Shown piece by piece: positions 44,205-56,435 of a stretch of DNA of 64,000 nucleotides. The notes beneath the pieces were generated by a model that saw nothing but the letters and a program-made list of their open reading frames with translations, was not told the origin of the DNA and ran no database searches. Made by a program: the position numbers and the translations under genes. This stretch comes from Styela clava (Eukaryota). The stretch covers positions 20,460,001-20,524,000 of the forward strand of contig NC_135260.1 in NCBI RefSeq assembly GCF_964204865.1. The letters are read 5' to 3'. Positions within the stretch are counted from its first letter, which is position 1. Every line of letters starts with the position of its first letter.

Positions 44205-44544
44205 TACATTGAGTTACGCGCGCAAGCCGATACCGGTACATTACCAATGCCGAAAAATTGGCCGATACATATCTAGTTTTGGACCAATCATATCTACTTT
44301 TTTCCGTTTTCCAGAGATTGTGACGAGAGCAATCTTATTGGACAATTTATATGGTATGATTGCGTTTCTAGTCAGTCTTGATAAATCTTTAATGAAATCT
44401 GTTGTAATATCACAGCAACCGGCCACCCGATTCTCTAATCACAGTTCTCAGTTATTATCAATTACCTTGCTGACTAGATGGGATCTGAATAAACTCATAC
44501 TAATACTACTCACAGTATGTATTTCTATACATTAATCAGTACTG

Positions 44545-44764
44545 TAGTATGCGAACCAAGATGACGGACACCGGAACGTATTATGTGTACCAGGTTAGGC
44601 CATAATTTTCTCCAGATTTTCCTTATTTTATTTCTTTCACGAGTTCGGGACTAGACAAGTGACTCCTGTAGTATTTGTACCCGAGATTTTTGGTCTAACC
44701 CTAACCTGGTACACATACTACGTTCTGATGTCCACCATCTTGGTTCACATACTACGGGAGCACC
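44545..44764. mobile_element. MITE with ~55-bp terminal inverted repeats, related to family X
   Basis: GTAGTATGCGAACCAAGATG...TACCAGGTTAGG versus CCTAACCTGGTA...CATCTTGGTTCACATACTAC. Confidence 0.75.
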
Positions 44765-45406
44765 CATTAATCAAAATAGGAATCGCAATATTTATAGCAA
44801 GATTTTCTGAGTCCATCAGTGGGGGCAAATTCCGACAAACTATAATTATTTTGCTAGTCGTATTCATATTTGACAAATTAATTTTTCATAAGCAATGTAT
44901 TGAGCTGAGCATCTTCACTACATGGCAGCTTCAACGAAAATCATGTTACAGGTTAAGATAAAATCGGTGGCAGTGAAAACAATAAAAGTAATTTAAAACA
45001 AAAATTAATCATTCATTAAAACCATTTAGTATTCTTAAAACTTTCACAATGATTAAAGTTGAAGATTTCATCGAGATAAAAACAGCGAAGGTTATCATTC
45101 AAATCGTTTTATATGAACATAAGGACATGCTAATATATGGGCCATCAGAAAGATCTGAATGGTTTAAGAAAATAATAAACCTCTGGAACTTATGTAGATG
45201 TCTAATCAATGGCATCAGAAAATGGAGGGTGAGCATTTTTTTTTTCTTTTTTTTCGCAGTGAAAAAAAATATGTACGGGTATATGGAATATTCATGATCG
45301 GAATATGAAATGTTTTAACAATAGAAACATACCAACAATACAATATACAAAATAAATGCTTTTGCACCAATCATTTTTAAGATTTAAACTTTTTGAAGAC
45401 ACATTT

Positions 45407-48400
45407 TTAATAAAATTCAGAATTGATCGTGAACAAATCGACCTCTTCAGGTTTTTTCACCCAAGTTCCAAGACCAGCTGCCCTGAATCCAGCATGAAGG
45501 TTGGTTTTCAACTCCTGAAATGTAAATAACTATAGATATTATTTGAGAATATTGCTTTTTGTGTTCAGTATTCATACGAACGTGAAAAAATTACAAATGC
45601 AGATCGTTTAGAAGTGATCACTTGCAGCCAATCAAACAAAAGATAATATGACAGATTTCATTTTAAATAGTACATTTGTAAGATATGATTCACTCCTGCA
45701 ACAAATCTTAAGATAAAAATGGCAGAAGATGACTAAAAGAATATTAACATGAATCTCTTGAATATGAATATGAAAGTGAATATTAAATTGGATAAACAAA
45801 AGAATGCTTGATGAATTATAAAGTCCTGTTGTATTTACTTGATACTCTGTGGCTAGTTTCTTCATTTCACCATATTGTGTAGTTTTGCAATCTAGAGGAA
45901 TATTAACTTTTGGTTCAAGTCCTTGGATATTTGTCAGTTTGCGAAACATTTGATACATTTCCGTTTTACATAAATTCGACGAAGCCTCGTCATTATCTTG
46001 TAGTTTTCCTGTAAATGGATGAAACAATTTTCTCAGTTTAGCTATTCATACATGCCGGCAAAAGTTGAATAAGAAATGATTACTTTAACTATTACCTGTG
46101 ACTGTATTGACAATGGTTGGATTTTCATCTCCCAAAGTCCAGTGAAGACAAAAACCAGGTGCTTTGCCAGTGTTTCTTCCGACTGTGACATAAATAATAA
46201 CCTTATTCATAAACTAGTTGATATTACAATGTACAGATAGAGTTATATTTTGCCAAGAATGAATTGGAAAATTCTGATTCCAGCGTTGTGTAGAATCAGA
46301 ATTTGGAATATTGAATTGCATTGTGTACGACAAAATGAACTGAAGTTATCTTATTGTCTTGAGATATTAATACTGAAAACATGATCCATATTGCAATGCT
46401 GTTGGTACTACATGAAGCGTTTGGACAAAGTTAATCAACCACTGTAATACGTGGACTATCCAAAATAATTAATTCCAACAAATTTTAAAATTAGAGTTCG
46501 GATATTTTTTTTACCTTCGGTTTATCTTAAGTTTACCAAAGAAAATCCTACAGAATACAATTTTGTCACTCAGACAGTGAAAATAGAATGTTTTAGTTCA
46601 GAATTAAAATATTATTCAAAATAATGTATATGTAGGCCTATATATTTAAAATTTTTAAAAATAACGTTTTATATATATTTCACACAAAGTGAGTGCATGG
46701 GACTTGCAGCCTTTGATGCCAACATATATCAAAATATGATTTTGTACATGATATGGATTCCTATGATTTATTATTCTGCTACCTGGATTGGTAATTGGTG
46801 CCAATACCGGCCGGTGTATTTTGTATGGTTCTTTTATAATCTGTTTATTAGTATCCACTGTTGTTTCTCCGTTGACAACATTTTCACTGTTATTTTGAGA
46901 TTGTGCGAAAGCTGCAATGGCTTCCTTAACTCTTCCATGAAGTCCACGAGACAAATGAATTCCATGATAAAGAGATCCGAGAATAATACTCGATAGATAT
47001 ACAGGCTCAATATATAAACTAAGCAATGATCCTTGGAGTCCGAGTACATTCCATCTGTGATAAAAAAGATCGGATTTTGAAGCTATAATTATTAATTAAT
47101 AATATAACATGGGAATTGTATTAAATTTCACAGACGACCAGAATATAGAATCTGAAAATATGATTTTATAGGTAATTTGCTTACTAGGGTTGGAGGAAGC
47201 GATCAAATTATTTAGAACCCCACCTTCTCCCCACACCAGTACTACTTGTAGCCGTGTTTACAGCGAAAGTGAAAAAATTTATCTCATTAATACCTGAAGC
47301 AGCTCAATGTCATTCTCGCATGCATAATGTACTTCGGTTCTTGTATATGAAACGTTAAAAGAATATCATATGAAATGTTAAAACATAAATGTCATATAAA
47401 GATGTACCCGTGAATTATAAAAACCAGCAAAATTAGAGGCGAAATATTAGGTACGTCGGACTAATAAACGAAATAGCCTAGCGATTTCTTTCAAGTTTGA
47501 GTACTGAAAACAGAATTGAATTATTTGTATTCAACATACATGATCATGCTAATACAACGGTATAAAAGTATTCAAAATACCTTGCCAATTTATCACTACA
47601 GGACATGGTCAATAATCTTTCTCCACCAATAATTGAATCCCATGGTTGGTTGCCATCAGCAACAATACCAGATTTTTGCACGACAGGTATCGTTCCTTCA
47701 CCTGCTTCAATTTTTGTTCTCAATTGACCTCTAGATATACGATTCGGATGATCATCCTCGTGTTCTGTAAAGTACAGTTTCATGGTGTAAATGGAATACA
47801 GGAAAAGTATGAAAAAATCAAAAAATGCAATCGCGGAGTGAATCGCATCAATATAGGCTAAACTAGAGAAAATCTAATACTGTAGAAAAAATTTCCCACT
47901 GCACATCACTGGTACTGTAACAAAAGGTGAATCTAATTCAATAAGATAACACCATATATTTAGTAAAACTCAAATATTTTGTAATTACCTATGTCTAAGA
48001 ACCAAAATATTGCAAACAGTGTTAATTATCTAAACTAAATAATATGTGCTGATTGGTGTATCACCTACGGTATATGTTAAAACTTTATCCTAATCAATTC
48101 CATTGGTTTTATTGTATCAATAGACACGCTTATATCTTTTTCGCCTTGTTAGTGTTCTACAGTCTATATGGCAACCAGATAGTCATTTGCGGATACGACA
48201 ATTCAAAGGAGAATTGCGACAATATCTCTACCCTTACTCTTAACATATCAATTACTTTGAAAAATTTTAGCATAAGGCCAAATTGGAATTGATGCAAACT
48301 AATTTTATCACTCGAAAACAACAAAATAATTCAGCATATAGGCTACTAAGAAAGATATGGTACGTGTTAGGTGTTACATATCCAAATAATGTTTTTGATC

Positions 48401-51400
48401 TTACTCTTAGTCTCGTGGGGTGAGAATATCCTTGAATCTCCACATGGTGATGTGTTAATGTATAAATGAAAATAAACATCAGATTTCAGACGATACCCAA
48501 CATTGTTTTCACAAGCTTCAAATATCGTTTTCACTTTGTCACTATAAAAATAAATAAAATTTAACAATAATATAAAAAAACAGTACTTCAGAATCAGATC
48601 TTAAATATGTACCTTGAATATAACAATAGCTGATCATAGAGAAACCTTCTCAATCCTCGTCTGCAAACTATTTCAGCATGACAATCGTTCATTGCAGTTC
48701 CCTGAAATTATTTACATAATTATGAACGGCTATACCGAGGTAGAGTACATTTTATTTTCTAAAACTCAAATGAAATTCCTAAACAAGATATAATTTGCTT
48801 TTATAGATGATATCATTGATGACGAATGACGATACAACTATGTTGGAACCTAGTAGAATGCAGATAAAATTTCAGGAATACTATTTTTATTCAGATTTGA
48901 GTTGACTAGGGCTGGTCATTTTTGAATACTATATCATTTTAGAATCAAATAAAATATTTTTTTAATCAAATTGAGTTTTGAATATTTGAAATATATATTT
49001 TTGTATGATTTTTTTATTGTAAGTGGTCCTCCAGGCACCAAATTACTGAAACCATAGAATCTATTACAGAAGGACATAGTGTCAAACTCAATAAGAAACA
49101 TTGAGGGATGATACACTGTAACAAATTAACTAATAATTTTGGAAATAATGACATCAAGACTAAAAATAATTCCTAAGTCATAAATATTGGAGACTATTCA
49201 AGAACATTCTAAATATGACATTTCAATATAACGTGCAAAATAGCAAATAATTTCCCATGTGATATGTTAAACGACCTTGTTTTACATGAATAATCAGTGT
49301 AAGAACGGTCTCGAATAATCGAGAAAATTGTGTACCCCTTTAAAATGCGATCTCAAACATACAAGAGATCGTCGTCCTTATCGTCGAATATCAATAATTC
49401 TGATGATTGCTACGCAACTGTTAAGAATAATACCTTGAAATTGTAAGTTGGTTTATTTGATTTAATTTATTGTAATATATTTATCGAAGGAAATAAAATC
49501 TATACAGGCAATTGTCTAGATCCTTGCTGTTATATCAAATTAACAGACGTCTCGACTTGAACAAGTAACAACCGATTATATTCTGTTTGGAGTCAGATTA
49601 ATATCTAACTAGTTTAATTAGCCTAATTAGCAACTACAACCAGAAGTCGTCTCAACACCTTGACTTTGGTGGTCAACAGTGATTCGAAATTTTTTTCAAA
49701 ATTGATTCGAATAATTTACCATTTGATTCCAAATGCCAGGCCTTGTTATGACCAAGGAAAAATATTTTCGAATAGTTCAGAATTCATGAATATTCTGAAT
49801 TGACACATTCTCGCAGCAATTCGGCAAATTTTTCACAAAGAAACGACATACTTTCAGTCAGTATCAATGATGCAATAAAAATTCAAAGCAATAATAATAC
49901 AATTAACTTCAATTTAAAACACATGACAGACATTTTTTATTATTTGAATTCAAACAAACAATAATTACCATTGTAGATAAATGTCCTCCATCAATACACT
50001 TGGTACCAGTTGCAACTGTAATCACTTCACCCTTTTCTACATCCGGGCCTGAAGTTTAGAATAGAATATTTATATTTCCAGGGGAAAATAAAGCACAAAC
50101 TCTCATCCAGACATCAATCTAGGTGGGACTTGGGGAAGCTAGCTATTTCCTCATTTAAGATACTAGAGTTAGCTAATGTAGGATACCGTAATAAAACGGC
50201 GCTTGCACACCACCTTGCTACCATAGAAAGTCATGCAATCATTCTAGAAATAAACAACTATCCTCCCATATTGAGTTAATAACTGCACCCACGCAAAGTG
50301 ATCAATGTGTGACATCGTTGTTTTGATACATATTACAATGAGATACCAACAAAGTATAAAAGGATTTAAAGTTTGAATTTCCGAGGAGAGAATGAATTTA
50401 ATGATTTAAAAACAATAGGATAACATAGTATCATCAATTTACAATGATAAAAAATAATACTGATGCCAAACCAGTTGTACGCAGTATCTTCAACTCTTAC
50501 AACTAGGGAGTCAATATAGGAATCTTAAGTTCATAGATGTCAAAACAACTTCCAATTACATGAATAACGATACAGAGCTAATATAGAATTATTAGCATTA
50601 CGTTATGCATAGAAAGATGAAACAAAATTTGGACCTCCAGAAGTATGCGCACCAAGATGGCGCACAACCTGAAAATGGTATGTGTGTGTACCGGTTAGGA
50701 TTCAGGTTGTACGACATCTTGGTGCGCATACTTCTGGAGCGCCAAAAATTTTTTCCATTTCAACATTATGAAAAATAGTTTATGTCCAGAATCTAGTTAA
50801 AGTAAATCGGGAATTATTACTTCCAACATTTTATGAAATCAAATCGAAATCCCTGTTTTTCTGTCGGATTTGCCATTTTTTGCAGTGATGTAAGACGAGA
50901 TAATTTATTTCGATTTCCACCAAGGTAAAAAATGGCAATGCACAAGACAAACATGAGATGTAAAGAACCTCCTGGGTTCTAACCTAATGTTATTCTAGTT
51001 AATATTAACCTAAACACCACAATGTTATTTGCAGAGCAAGATCATTGCATCATAGATACATTTATAATATTAGAAATTGATTAGAAACCCGAATGCTAGA
51101 TAATCAAGCTATTCGAATGAAGAATCTGTACCGGGAAATGATCAACAATGCAAACCTACCATTTTCTCTTGTCATAACAATCCCTGCAAGAACTTTATGA
51201 TTTTCATTCTTCGTTAAATCATCAGTAACGTTGGCGAATTTTTGTTTAACCAGCTCACAAATCAAATCAGGCAATTTCTGAACATAATACACAACACAAC
51301 ACATAAACATCACATGAATATAGAATATATATGTATATACATGATTATATGAGAAGAATTTTATACAGGATTCAACATATAGGAATACAGTAACACCAAC

Positions 51401-54400
51401 TACGCACATATATCTTACAATTCCTGTTAGTTGAACAAACTATTTCACTTAAATATTATTAAATATCAACCTCACTCAGAATCAGAATAGAAAATTTGTC
51501 CTCATGGAAGGAAGCTCAGATATCATATTAAAACGTTCCGCTTATTTCCAACTACCGGTACTTTTAGCCTGTCTCAGATACTTGTTATTCATATTTAAGA
51601 ATTTTCGGAGCCTGCATTAAAAAACTTATCTCCCAATTTGAATTAGGTTATGAGTCAATATGCTATTAGCCTTTTCACTATTTTCTTTGAAAGATGAATT
51701 GAGACATGTATCAAAAATTTCGATCTATTATTTCCACAAGAAATTTAATTTCCATAGAGTGTTCCGCAAATAGTTTATGATATGAAAAATATTCCGCAGT
51801 TGAGAAAAGTTCAGAACCCCTCACTTTCCTATCTGAGAGTGAAAAATAACCAATATAGTGTGTACCAATATGGAGGTAACTAATTTTGTTCGTCTACTTT
51901 ACATCAAGTCGAAAAATCGGAATAAAATCATGGCTCAACCCTAACATGGTACACACACTACAGGAATACTAGACTTTCAAATATTTCAACAAAAAATCAT
52001 GAAAATTTTTCAATCATTGAAAGATTGATTGAATCGACTTGCTAAAGAATACTTATATAAACATTTAAAACAAAATATGTTACAATCCACAAAACTCAAA
52101 ATGTTGGGATACCTACCCCAGCATCAGTAATAGCTGTTTCATCTGAACTATCAGTGCTTAATATTGGAAGTTGATCCACAGTTTTATTGCTCACAATTCC
52201 AAAGTGATCTTTTAATGCTTTGAGTGCAACAGAAAACTTGGCTAATTTCTGTAAAATAAGCAGGAATCATTTAAAGGCAAATATAATAACATTCAAACTG
52301 ATATAGCTTAGTATCCTTAGATCCCAATTGTTACCTTGATAATTTTGATTAATTCCAAAATAAATAATTATGAGGGTTTAACATGAAATACTATCATTTG
52401 TTCCTGAAAGGGTTTCTTCCAAATTATTGAAATTTTTGTTAATTCATAATAATCCATAGACTCAAAGAAACATTAAAAACGCAACAGAAGTTTCATACTT
52501 GACCCGGGTGAGATGATAGATAACCTAACCATATGGGTTGCCAGCCCATGTCAGGCTCGGGATATTTAACCAGTTATTAGCTATTAACTGCCAGCGGTTA
52601 CATGAACCACCCTACGATTCAACAATCATCTTCGTACATAATTGTCCCCCAAGGAATTTAAACCTGCGAAGGGTAATTGAAACTATTGAAACTGCGATGG
52701 AGAAAACTTCTAACTTTGCATGATGCGGCAATCGTCATGCCAGTAAACTAATTGATAAATGCATGAAGTCACAAATTCTGACAAACTATCAATTCTGGGG
52801 GCTTACCTTATCACAACATGAAAAACTCCCAGTGCCAATGATAACATTACCTTGCTTCTTCCCTCTCCTGAATAACTTTTGCCTTCTATATCAATAGTTG
52901 CCTTAAATGATTTACCATAACTTTGATCAAAAGCGTACTGTAATCCCGGTAGTTTATGATTGAGTACCATGACAGGATGCATATCTAAGTAGAAAAAGAT
53001 GATGTATGTTGAAGGGCATAGGTTCCAAAACTTGTCAAACTCGAAACATCTTTACTTTTCGTAATACAGATCATCTGACAAGCTTTGGAAACAAAATTTC
53101 CCTTTTTTTACGATAAGAAAAAGTTTTATAATGTATGCTCATTAATTCAATGTGATACGCGAGCTTGTTTTTGTATATAAATGACTGAATATCCGATATA
53201 GGTTTCTCTATCTAGGTTGAATGATGAATTTAAAATTTTTCATTACATTTGATATATTGAATTAGGTTCAACTAATGAATTGCAAATAATTTTATAAATG
53301 AAAACATTTTCTAGAAATTGTGTTTCAAGTTGATGCTGCAGTACAACAAACAATTGAAATTGCGCTTTAAAAACAATTTGAAAACACTATGAAAATCGAA
53401 ATGGTGTGAGTTGTATTATACAGTCTCAGAAAAGTTCAGAATCAAAACTTGGTAATTGGTTAATTGGTACGATTTTTAATCACGTATAATCATATTTGAA
53501 ATTATTGAAGAAACTTAAAATGATTAGAAACAAATTTGACAATGCATTACCTTCAGGTGTAGGGGTAGTTTGTTTTGATCCAACAGTATTCAGTGGAGGA
53601 GGAAGCACTGGAACATAACTTGTCATTGAAGCAATGAGGTGCGGAACAACAGATGATGGCATCTAAATATTTATTAATTGCCATAAAATCGTCGGTATTC
53701 GCGTAGTATGTGTATCAGGTTAGGTCATTTTAGTACTATTACGAGTTCCGAGGCTGTCTGTGTTAGACAAGTGAATATCCCCCTGCCCATAGGCTTCAGT
53801 CCCTTTACACAATTTGATGTAAAATAGACGAACAAAATTAGTCACCTCCATGTTGTACATATACTTCTGGAGCATCCAGTAGTCAGCAAGTGTTTGACAA
53901 GATTAAACAAGGACTCGTCCATTGTCTTTAACCCAATTACATAAATTAACCCAATTACGTAAGGAAACCATTGTTTAAAACAATATAATTGAAATATTAT
54001 AATGAATATATAGATGAATAACAGATTTTATTGAAACATTTTAACAAAAACCTGTGCAACAATGGCTAATACATAGACATCCCTCAGACCACTAATAGTA
54101 TCTTGACTTAGGTTTCCCATACTAGGCTCTGATATCCATCATGATGGGAGAACATGTACCTGTACATAATCACTGAAAATATCTGGATCATCCCATCCTA
54201 AGTCATCAGAAGTAAAATCAAACTGTGAGGGAATGTGAGGAATAGCGAAAGGATGGACTGGTGGTCCCATCATACCAGGCATCAATTCTCTGTAGTGATA
54301 TAAATATCTATGTTTTATATTTAAGACACGAATCTCATACTAGAATAAACTTTTACAAAACAACCAATTATAGCGAACTATTCATAAAATATACAGCGCA

Positions 54401-56435
54401 TGCAAACAAACAATAATACGAGGGTGGTCACATAGCTGTTGGTTGCTTATGGCTTTCTCAACTATCAAGTCCATGCATCCAAAAAAAATATTCAACTATT
54501 TCCATGATGGACATGGACTGGTAACCAGGCGAGTAGAGTGCCATATGATTAACTCATATTATCGGCTTTCTTTTCCTTCAGAATAAATATGAAACTCCTA
54601 TCCTACCCGAGAGGCTTTCGTTCAAACTTCATATTGCAAGAAAAAGACTACATACGTACTTCAGAATAATTCCGGCACAAACATGCTTTGCAAGTTTTTT
54701 CGATCGTTCTTCTCCGACAAAAGTTTGTCCCTGTACTTCCACTGATGCTTTGAATGATGGTGTGTTCACATTACCACAGCTGGTTATTTCAAATTTTAAT
54801 CCTGAGTGGAACAAATAAAAGTAAGATAGTTTTGATTTTTACCATCATGAATTTCAGAATATTTTATTTATGTTCACTGGCTTTGAATATCATGGGATGT
54901 ATTATGAGTGAAAAGATTTGTTAGTTCCCATAACTGTCAATGGCAGCTTTCTCTACGGATCAGGTCAGATATTTATTTCCATGATGTAAGATTTAATAAG
55001 ATTTAACAAAGAAATATAATACGATAGGAAATAAAAAAAAACAGAAAATATTGACTCATAGCCGTTTACGAGGGGGCACAAAATACTTGATGAGACTACT
55101 ACAAAGTTTAAATAATGACTCGGACTAGCAACCATAGTCTGTCTTATCTCTCATCCGAACAAAAAATCTCATTCTAAAATGGATTGGAGAAAAATCAAAA
55201 TAACAAACCAGGGAAAGTTTCATTGATTATCATGAGAGCATTTTTGGGTTGAGAATTAGGTTTTGGCCTTTTGCCATAGAACGGCAATGGTTTTCTCATC
55301 TTCCTTTTTCGCACAGGTTGCACTGTTTCCTCCATATCTTCAAATATCAAAAAATGAAAACAAACAGTCATATTAATTCAATTTTAAATATTCTTTGTTT
55401 AACAGCTTTGTTAAATACTACCAAACAGGCAATACGTAAACAGACAATAATATATACCAGGGGTGGCCAACCTGCTTCCGACTGCGATCAACTAATTTCA
55501 AAATAGCACAATCGACTGAACAGACAATAATATATACCAAGGGTGGCCAACCTGCGTTCGACTGCGATCAACTAATTTCAAAATAGCACGATCGACTGAT
55601 AGGTAATGCAGTCATACAAAAAATGAATGAGTAGGCCTATTGAAATATGCAGATAACTGCAATCACGCATACAAAAATTCTTCCGCCGCCAATAAGTTCC
55701 GCTCTGTGGCCGCATTCTTAATGAAATCGCCACAAAAATTAGTATTTTTTATGTTCCATTTAATTTGATTATGTAATTGTACTCGGAGCCAAGACACGCA
55801 ATATTCGGCACGTGTACATCCATTCCTAAACCTTGGCAGCGGTGAAACTTGCATTTATTATGTGATAATATGCCATATCAGACTTGTCTAGACTAAAATC
55901 GTAATTGACGTGTTGGCCACCCCTAATATATACATACAAGATATATAAAATCGGAATGGAATGTTTCCAGTTTTTTTTATATAGCCAGCCTAATTTATTA
56001 CATCCCGGGTCAGGTGATGCGCATATGATTTGAACCCAGATCTTTAACATGTACCACCAACAAAATTGATCACAACACGCTAGCCACTAGGCTACTACGG
56101 CCACGATATTACAGAACTGGATTTGAAAAGAAAAATACTTTTCTAACCAGCACATCCAGCAGACTCAGTAACATCACCAATAGAAGTAGCCTCAGTTTCA
56201 ACTTTTATATCAATATCTTCACTGTCATTATTTTTTTCTTCAGTTTCATCAACATTCTGGTTATGATCCACCTGTTCCGGTTTAATTTCTTGAGGTGGAG
56301 ATTCTTCGAGTACTAGTTCGGGCTCTGATGCCGATTCCAATTTAGGAGTAATTTCGAACCCAATTGTGGGTTGCTCAACAGTTTCAGAGCTACTGACTAA
56401 GACAGACTTTTTGGACTCAGCGTCATCATTGCTAG
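45407..56435 (-). CDS. ADARB1: Double-stranded RNA-specific adenosine deaminase, ADAR2-like (two dsRBDs plus deaminase domain, ~770 aa mapped; start exon unresolved)
   Basis: Exons in transcript order: 56435-56148, 55337-55209, 54801-54660, 54289-54160, 53662-53551, 52984-52851, 52248-52117, 51277-51160, 50048-49969, 48701-48613, 48541-48405, 47764-47581, 47054-46783, 46182-46096, 46008-45839, 45514-45407; all phases compatible. Motifs: basic NLS-like RKRKMRK, dsRBD1 [21 protein letters not shown], dsRBD2 [71 protein letters not shown]. Confidence 0.94.
50635..50739. repeat. Intronic hairpin (39-bp arms, 27-nt loop), family-X related
   Basis: CTCCAGAAGTATGCGCACCAAGATG...CATCTTGGTGCGCATACTTCTGGAG. 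Confidence 0.88.
51857..51969 (+). mobile_element. Internally deleted family-X copy
   Basis: Shares GTGTGTACCAATATGGAGGTAACTAATTTTGTTCG and a CCTAAC..GGTACACA..ACTAC end with 30033-30255. Confidence 0.7.
53694..53876 (-). mobile_element. Family-X copy in reverse orientation
   Basis: The reverse complement aligns to 30033-30255 and 51857-51969. Confidence 0.7.
55439..55598 (+). repeat. 80-bp tandem duplication of a transposon end and its flank
   Basis: 55439-55518 and 55519-55598 differ at about 4 positions. Confidence 0.9.
55458..55925. mobile_element. Non-autonomous hAT-type element
   Basis: TIR CAGGGGTGGCCAAC / GTTGGCCACCCCTA; 8-bp TSD ATATATAC (55450-55457, 55926-55933). Confidence 0.82.

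Larger units (their letters stand above)
33964..44275. mobile_element. Outer hAT-type non-autonomous element, expanded by nested insertions
   Basis: Termini TAGAGATGTACCG / CCGATACATATCTA; perfect 8-bp TSD GTTTTGGA (33956-33963, 44276-44283); GCCGATA subterminal repeats at both ends. Confidence 0.8.

Noticed and set aside
48907-49744. Further hAT-like element in an ADAR intron (similar remnants near 24350-24745)
   Set aside because: Termini and TSD are too degenerate (5/8) to define with confidence.
55439-55598. CRISPR-like array
   Set aside because: Two contiguous units with no spacers, in a eukaryotic intron, explained by a transposon end.
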